Positions 54,160-59,491 of a stretch of DNA of 59,491 nt are shown here, piece after piece. The position numbers were made by a program, and so were the translations under genes. Below the pieces are notes generated by a model, which saw only the letters and a program-made list of their open reading frames with translations, was not told where the DNA came from and ran no database searches. The stretch's first letter is position 1. Every line of letters begins with the position of its first letter. The DNA is from a virus (Duplodnaviria; Caudoviricetes): positions 1 through 59,491 of the IMG/VR virus record IMGVR_UViG_3300044691_000368, one strand, 5' to 3'.

Positions 54160-54319
54160 TGAACACTCGTCCGGTATTCAAGGCCCAATTCTCAAGAGGA
54201 TTCGTTGCAGTCGGGCCGTGTAAGCGCTGCGGTAAACCGGTAGGCTCCCACGGCCAGCACCAGTTCTTCATCGGGCTTCGGTTCTGCATTCGGAAGTACA
54301 TCGCAGATCGGAGGGCCGC

Positions 54320-54517
54320 ATGAGCGACTTGACCATCATCGACGGCCTCCGCATCAGAACGAACTTCGTTCACCCGCCAATTCCAGACCGCAGCTTCGAC
54401 TGGGCAGCATGGATCGACGGCGAAGAGGAGGGCAACATCCAAGGGCGCGGACGCACTGAGTCTGACGCTGTTGCCGAACTGCTGGAGACTCTGGCAGAAC
54501 GCGACGGTGGCCTATGA
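54320..54517 (+). CDS. Conserved small phage protein
   Basis: PPIPDRSFDWAA...GRGRTESDA. Confidence 0.6.
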   Translation: MSDLTIIDGLRIRTNFVHPPIPDRSFDWAAWIDGEEEGNIQGRGRTESDAVAELLETLAERDGGL

Positions 54518-54677
54518 ATCAGACCATCGCCCAAAACCTCCGCCACAACCGGCTCATCCTCATCCGCCAGTTGATCGATGCTGCGATTGCAGATCCCGGT
54601 CCTCTCAACTCCACCGTTTACTCCAACCTAAACGCTGCGAAAGCTTTGATTGTCGCGGCAACCATGAAGGTGGCCGC

Positions 54678-55007
54678 ATGAATATTGAACTTCTACGCAA
54701 GATCGCAGCAGTGATACAGGAGAAGCCCGCGGAATTCGATATGGCCGACTTCACCAAGTACACGACGTGCGGGACAGCCCATTGCATTGGCGGATGGGCG
54801 CACGTTCTTACTGGCGGCGACGAGGAAAAGGCGTGTTCTAGGGGTGGAAGGTTGGCGCTCGAACTAAGCGAAACCGAGGCTTATAGGCTCTTCTACTGCG
54901 ATCAGTGGCCACCACGGTTTCAATCTGGTGAGACCGGCTGGGAGGTTTCGCCGGAACTTGCTGCAGCCCGCATTGAACACTTCATTGCAACGGGCGGTGC
55001 GGAATGA
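54678..55007 (+). CDS. Hypothetical phage protein
   Basis: MNIELLRK...FDM...CGTAHCIGGWA. Confidence 0.6.
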   Translation: MNIELLRKIAAVIQEKPAEFDMADFTKYTTCGTAHCIGGWAHVLTGGDEEKACSRGGRLALELSETEAYRLFYCDQWPPRFQSGETGWEVSPELAAARIEHFIATGGAE

Positions 55008-55264
55008 ACTACTACGGCATCTGCGGCTGCACCTTCATCCTCCTCCTCTGCGTTGCGATCCTCTGGGCCTCAGAGCATGAGCAGCAGGTAAGAGACTTCC
55101 TCTTCGGCGTACGCGCCTGCCTTCGCTATGCACGCGCAAAGGAGGATGACGGTGAATAACCTCACGCTCGGCCAATTCATTCTCGGAGCCATGCTCACCG
55201 TCGGCTCTGCCTACATGCTCTGCGCTTTGGGTGTCAGCACTCTGCGCTGGTTACGGAGGCGGCG

Positions 55265-55507
55265 ATGAGCGTAGACGTCCGCGCCCTTCCTCCGATCGCT
55301 TACGACACCCAAAGCAATCGGGCGATCTACACAAGAATTCCGATTCAGCAGCGCGAGAAGTGGTTCAAGCGGTGGGCGCAGATGGACGCCGAGGGCAAAG
55401 AGCAGAAGCACTACACGCGCTACGAATGGCAGCTTCGCAAGAGCCTCGAAGAGTTGGAGATTCGCGAATCGCAGCTATTCGATTGCATACGAAAGGGACA
55501 CCAGTGA
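55265..55507 (+). CDS. Hypothetical protein
   Basis: GGAGG RBS. Confidence 0.5.
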   Translation: MSVDVRALPPIAYDTQSNRAIYTRIPIQQREKWFKRWAQMDAEGKEQKHYTRYEWQLRKSLEELEIRESQLFDCIRKGHQ

Positions 55508-55839
55508 GAAAGATCAACGTGTTGAAAACCCTAAAGGCAACGCGAAAGCTGCTGACGCCGAAGAAGAATTGGTGCAAGAAGGTATACGCCAAGAGGTCGC
55601 AGCGCTCGGTCTTAGCTCTGTATGGCAATGATCCGGGGGCTACGTGTTGGTGCATGGAAGGCGCAATGCAGAAGGTGCTCAATGTCCCCGGCGTCTACAG
55701 CCTTATGGACCAGTTTGAGCCCTTTTTCCCTGCCTACGCGAGAAATTTCCCATACTACAACGACCACGCCACCCATGAACAAATTCTCGGTGCTCTCGAC
55801 CTAGCCATAGCCAACGCCACTGCGGCGGAGGCCCACTGA
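55504..55839 (+). CDS. Hypothetical phage protein
   Basis: WCK...CWCMEGA...YNDHATHEQI. Confidence 0.55.
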   Translation: MRKINVLKTLKATRKLLTPKKNWCKKVYAKRSQRSVLALYGNDPGATCWCMEGAMQKVLNVPGVYSLMDQFEPFFPAYARNFPYYNDHATHEQILGALDLAIANATAAEAH

Positions 55840-56114
55840 TGGAGACCCGCCGCGTCCGCGAAGTCTACGTGCGAAGCCAGGAAGAGGTAGCCATGCTTAT
55901 GGGCATATCTCAGGTCGCTGTATTGAGGTTGGAGCGGTCTGCGCTGAGGAAGCTGCGGGCGTTACCAGAGGCGAAGGTGCTGCTTCGGTACGTGTGCCAG
56001 CAGAACGCCCAGCCCTTCACTCCTGCAGTTGAGCCAACCATTCTTCGCAAGCTCGGCACGGCGCCGGGGGATGCGAGCTTTATGACGATTTCTGGATTCT
56101 CACCCAACCTCTGA
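55839..56114 (+). CDS. Sigma-70 region 4-like HTH protein
   Basis: SQEEVAMLMGISQVAVLRLERSALRKLR. Confidence 0.8.
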   Translation: METRRVREVYVRSQEEVAMLMGISQVAVLRLERSALRKLRALPEAKVLLRYVCQQNAQPFTPAVEPTILRKLGTAPGDASFMTISGFSPNL

Positions 56115-56133
56115 TTTACCGAAAGGAATACCC

Positions 56134-56865
56134 ATGAGCACAGCACTCGCAAGAGAAGAGCGCCACGATATAGCCACTCAGCCCACAGTGATGGAGATTC
56201 TAAGCTCTGCCGTCCTGTCGGGGAAGTGTGATGTAGACATTGTCGAACGCCTGACACGGTTGCAGCGAGAGCAGGTTGAATATCAGGCGATGGTGGAGTT
56301 CAACGAGGCCATGCACCGTTGCCAACAGCAAATGAAGCACATCAACACAGATATGCAGTCCGACAAGGGCAGGTACGCCAGCTATAAGCAGGTGGATAAG
56401 GCTATCCGGCCAATCTACACCGGCGAAGGAATATCACTCTCGTTCTCTGACGGTGAGCCTATAGCGCCCGACACCCTGCGTCTTCTCTGCTACGTCTCTC
56501 GCGGTGGCTTCACCCGCGTCTACCACAAGGATATGCCGATCGATACGAAGGGGGCCAAGGGCAATGACGTGATGACGCGCACCCACGCACAGGGATCGGC
56601 TGATTCGTATGCGAAGCGCTATCTCGTCAAAGACATCTTCAACCTCGCGGTTGGGGAGAATGACGACGACGGAAACGGCGGCGCGCCGATGGAAGACACG
56701 GAGTTTGTTTCCTGGCGTGACAACATCCTAAGCGCTGCTAACGAGGATGAACTGCGCAAGTATTTCAACGCAGCTTTCCAGGAGGCGACAAAGGCCAAAG
56801 ACAAACTGGCCCTCCAGTCGTTCCGTGATGCGCGCGATAAGCGGCGGAAGGAGCTAGGCCAATGA
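56134..56865 (+). CDS. ERF-family single-strand annealing protein
   Basis: YASYKQV, GISLSF, GSADSYAKRYL...DDDG. Confidence 0.85.
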   Translation: MSTALAREERHDIATQPTVMEILSSAVLSGKCDVDIVERLTRLQREQVEYQAMVEFNEAMHRCQQQMKHINTDMQSDKGRYASYKQVDKAIRPIYTGEGISLSFSDGEPIAPDTLRLLCYVSRGGFTRVYHKDMPIDTKGAKGNDVMTRTHAQGSADSYAKRYLVKDIFNLAVGENDDDGNGGAPMEDTEFVSWRDNILSAANEDELRKYFNAAFQEATKAKDKLALQSFRDARDKRRKELGQ

Positions 56866-57590
56866 AAATCGTCCGCTGCTCACAACATTCCCCGGAATGG
56901 TTTGAGGCGCGTATTGGCCATGTCACCGGCTCAGAGATGGCCGCAGTGCTCAATTGCCTGAAGAGAGGTGGAGAGTCAGCAGAGCGGCGTAACTATCGGT
57001 TCAAGATCGCATCCGAACTTCTTACCGGCGTGGGCCAAGGTGAAGGCTATGTCTCTGCCGCTATGGACTGGGGCAATGAGCAAGAGCCTTTCGCCCGCGG
57101 TGCCTATGAGGTACGAACAAACTCGCAGGTCGGACAGATAGGGTTCGTCCTCCACGACACGATACCTTTCTTCGGCGGCTCACCTGATGGCCTGGTCGAC
57201 GAAGATGGGGGCTTGGAATTGAAGTGTCCTGAGACCACCACCCATCTGAAGTGGATGCTTGCTGACGAGGTTCCCGAAGAGCACCGGGACCAGATGTTCA
57301 GCTACATGGCACTGACAGGGCGCCGGTGGTGGGACTTCGCCTCATTCGATCCACGCCCGATGGACCCACGCTACCACCTCTTTATCAAACGCCTCGCGTG
57401 GGACGACAAACGCATCGGCGAAGTCGAGGAGGGCGTGAAGCAGTTTCTATCCGAGGTGCACGACATAATCGAACGGCTCAAGGGAGTTTGCCCTGTACTC
57501 GAGCAGTTGCGGAAATCAGTTGCAGAAGAGGACGAACTCGGCATCACCGACGATGACATTCAGTGGATACGGGAGCAGGTGGGCAAATGA
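56862..57590 (+). CDS. YqaJ / lambda-exonuclease family protein
   Basis: QHSPEWFEARIGHVTGS, WGNEQEP, GSPDGLV, LELKCP, DFASFDPR. Confidence 0.92.
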   Translation: MKIVRCSQHSPEWFEARIGHVTGSEMAAVLNCLKRGGESAERRNYRFKIASELLTGVGQGEGYVSAAMDWGNEQEPFARGAYEVRTNSQVGQIGFVLHDTIPFFGGSPDGLVDEDGGLELKCPETTTHLKWMLADEVPEEHRDQMFSYMALTGRRWWDFASFDPRPMDPRYHLFIKRLAWDDKRIGEVEEGVKQFLSEVHDIIERLKGVCPVLEQLRKSVAEEDELGITDDDIQWIREQVGK

Positions 57591-57729
57591 ATAGTGCGCA
57601 GCGTTTGGTAGCCGAACTCCGATGGCTCGCGGTAAGTTTCATTCTTCGCGCCTTGCCGAATATCACTCCTAAAGACGCGCGCGGCCTGCAGTTGATTGCG
57701 GTCATATGCGAGTGGATAAAGGAGTCCCG

Positions 57730-58101
57730 GTGAACATCTTCCGCGTCCCCAAGCCCATCCGCAAGGTGTCGAAGACGCGCAGAAAGCGCTCTGGTAAGCC
57801 AGGGAAGCTCGGCATCGTGCGCGTGGTCGGCAAAGATATGGAGGCTGTACGTCGTGAAGTGTTCGAGCGCGATGGGCACAGATGCCAGCATGACCTCGGA
57901 GACGGTGTTATTTGTTTGTCGGCAGTCGTCTTCGAGCGCGGTGAATGGAACTCCGGCCATCTGGCTCACGTTCGGGCCAAGCGGAACAATGGGGATCTCG
58001 CCAGCAACCTTTTGACGAAGTGCCCGCACTGCCACTTAGTGCTCGAGCATAACCCCAAGAGTGTCCCACGCAAGGTACCAGCCCCACCTGAAACCACCTA
58101 A
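57730..58101 (+). CDS. HNH-like protein
   Basis: RREVFERDGHRC...HLAH...NLLTKCPHCH. Confidence 0.7.
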   Translation: MNIFRVPKPIRKVSKTRRKRSGKPGKLGIVRVVGKDMEAVRREVFERDGHRCQHDLGDGVICLSAVVFERGEWNSGHLAHVRAKRNNGDLASNLLTKCPHCHLVLEHNPKSVPRKVPAPPETT

Positions 58102-58122
58102 CCACCAGAAAGGGTAATTGAA

Positions 58123-58386
58123 ATGAGCACTAAGACAACTTATACGTGCGACCGATGCAAGGGCGACTTCTCTGATCGCAAGGCAATAAAGTGCGTGTCC
58201 GCTGGAGTAGGCGACTTCTCCGGATCGGATAGTTGGTTCAAGTCGTTCCGTCAAGACTGGTGTCACAACTGCTTGAAAGGTTTCGGCTTGCCCTGCGAGA
58301 GCGCAAAAGCGACAGACGTTCCCCCGAACCCGCCGCCGACACTAGAAGACATGATCCGCGAAATTGTCCTCCGCGAGTTGCATTAG
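58123..58386 (+). CDS. Hypothetical zinc-ribbon protein
   Basis: TCDRC...DWCHNC. Confidence 0.55.
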   Translation: MSTKTTYTCDRCKGDFSDRKAIKCVSAGVGDFSGSDSWFKSFRQDWCHNCLKGFGLPCESAKATDVPPNPPPTLEDMIREIVLRELH

Positions 58387-58439
58387 CGAGGCACCACCTG
58401 AAGCAGAGTAGACCATTTTTGATAACTGAAAGGGAGATT

Positions 58440-58769
58440 ATGAGCGAACTGATTGAAGTATTGAGGTTAGCTTTTGTGGCAGCAGACAATGCCCGCGACT
58501 TGGCATGGAGCGAGTTTCAGCTTCGCGCCGTTGAAGAGGGGCCGTGCCATGTTGGAGACGTCGTTACAGTTTCTCCGTACGGAAGAAGTGTGACGGTGCG
58601 GGTGACTAAATCCTCACTCAAAAAGACATATTCTTCCAGTCGATTCTATGTTCAATACGTCGGGTTTCCATTGAAGAAGGATGGCGATACAGCACTGGTC
58701 GGAGAGAAGGTGTTCATAGATTCCGACCATATAGAGATCGTCTCGCGGGCAACACTTGAAACCAAGTAA
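58440..58769 (+). CDS. Hypothetical protein
   Basis: AGGGAG RBS; VGDVV...LKKDG. Confidence 0.55.
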   Translation: MSELIEVLRLAFVAADNARDLAWSEFQLRAVEEGPCHVGDVVTVSPYGRSVTVRVTKSSLKKTYSSSRFYVQYVGFPLKKDGDTALVGEKVFIDSDHIEIVSRATLETK

Positions 58770-58795
58770 CCCAATTTCCACCTCTAGGAGCAAGT

Positions 58796-59281
58796 ATGAG
58801 CACTATGGCCACATCGAAGGCGGCAGGTTTCACCCATGGCGACGTGGTTCGGTACAAGCCATCGCATGACTGGTGCCACCACGGTATCGCGATTGTCCAC
58901 GTCCTAGATAGCGGAAAGGTATTCGCTGCGGATACCTACTGGGGTTCGTCACCTACCGATAACAGCTATGTGGACATCAAAGAGTTGGACTCAGCCAACA
59001 TCATCGGCAACGTCATCACCTTTGGCGGGGTTCCTTATCCACACCACTATGACGATTTTGCCGATGCGGACAAGTATTACGTGCCCATGGGCGGCGGGTC
59101 AGCATACCGGAGGGTGAGGATCGGGGCCGTACCTGTGCCAGAGCAAGCGCGGCACAGGCTCGCCTACGCGGTGGAGAGGGCTGAATCCGCCGTACGTTCG
59201 ACTGGCTGGAATCTGGAACAAGCGAAAAAGGATCTAGCGGCCTTCGATGAAGCAATAGCAAAACTGGAGGCCCAACAGTGA
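58796..59281 (+). CDS. Hypothetical protein
   Basis: AGGAG RBS; 161 aa. Confidence 0.55.
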   Translation: MSTMATSKAAGFTHGDVVRYKPSHDWCHHGIAIVHVLDSGKVFAADTYWGSSPTDNSYVDIKELDSANIIGNVITFGGVPYPHHYDDFADADKYYVPMGGGSAYRRVRIGAVPVPEQARHRLAYAVERAESAVRSTGWNLEQAKKDLAAFDEAIAKLEAQQ

Positions 59282-59491
59282 AACCCCTTAGCGTAGAAGA
59301 TGGGACCGCAAGCGAACTAAAGCCGCTCATTGAGCAGGTGAAGGCTGTAAACACTAGCCACATTGTAGTGTTCATAAGCGATGCGGGGATTCATTGGCGC
59401 GGCGAATCCGAGGCAGCTTGTGAAGTCATGGCGAACATTATTGGGAATTGCAAGGTGATGCCCCGCGAGAAGTTTATTGAAGAACTGGAGA
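59278..59491 (+). CDS. Hypothetical protein, open at the window end
   Basis: GGAGG RBS, GTGA coupling, no stop before 59491. Confidence 0.45.
   Translation, partial: MKPLSVEDGTASELKPLIEQVKAVNTSHIVVFISDAGIHWRGESEAACEVMANIIGNCKVMPREKFIEELE

Noticed and set aside
59278-59491. Proof of circularity or terminal repeat
   Set aside because: Both ends carry plus-strand early-type genes, which fits a circle, but no terminal overlap is visible and a direct join does not clearly restore one reading frame.

Overview
The window reads as an essentially complete temperate siphovirus genome with an HK97-type head and a long non-contractile tail. It is in excised form: an intact attP carrying the 3' half of a tRNA-fMet lies next to a tyrosine integrase. 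Two arms diverge at about 48.4-48.7 kb and converge at about 6.6 kb. The minus arm runs from methyltransferases and a replication initiator through packaging, head, four glycosyltransferases, tail and lysis. The plus arm carries xis/int, attP, an accessory cassette, ERF/YqaJ recombination genes and, at the window start, a TGT/DpdA-like gene, an SPFH lipoprotein and DnaB. An Acidobacteriota host is inferred from recalled gene-family resemblance only. Main observations: (1) no recognisable CI/Cro pair, but a secreted Cys-Pro peptide, a 7-TM protein, a partner protein and a winged-helix protein sit beside attP, a candidate peptide-signalling lysis/lysogeny switch; (2) four GT2 glycosyltransferases lie inside the head operon, the first apparently fused to a small capsid-adjacent protein by a +1 frameshift at CCG-TTT-CGT; (3) a large secreted beta-helix/lectin-like gene lies between the tail and lysis genes. 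All family calls come from motif recognition and synteny, not database searches.
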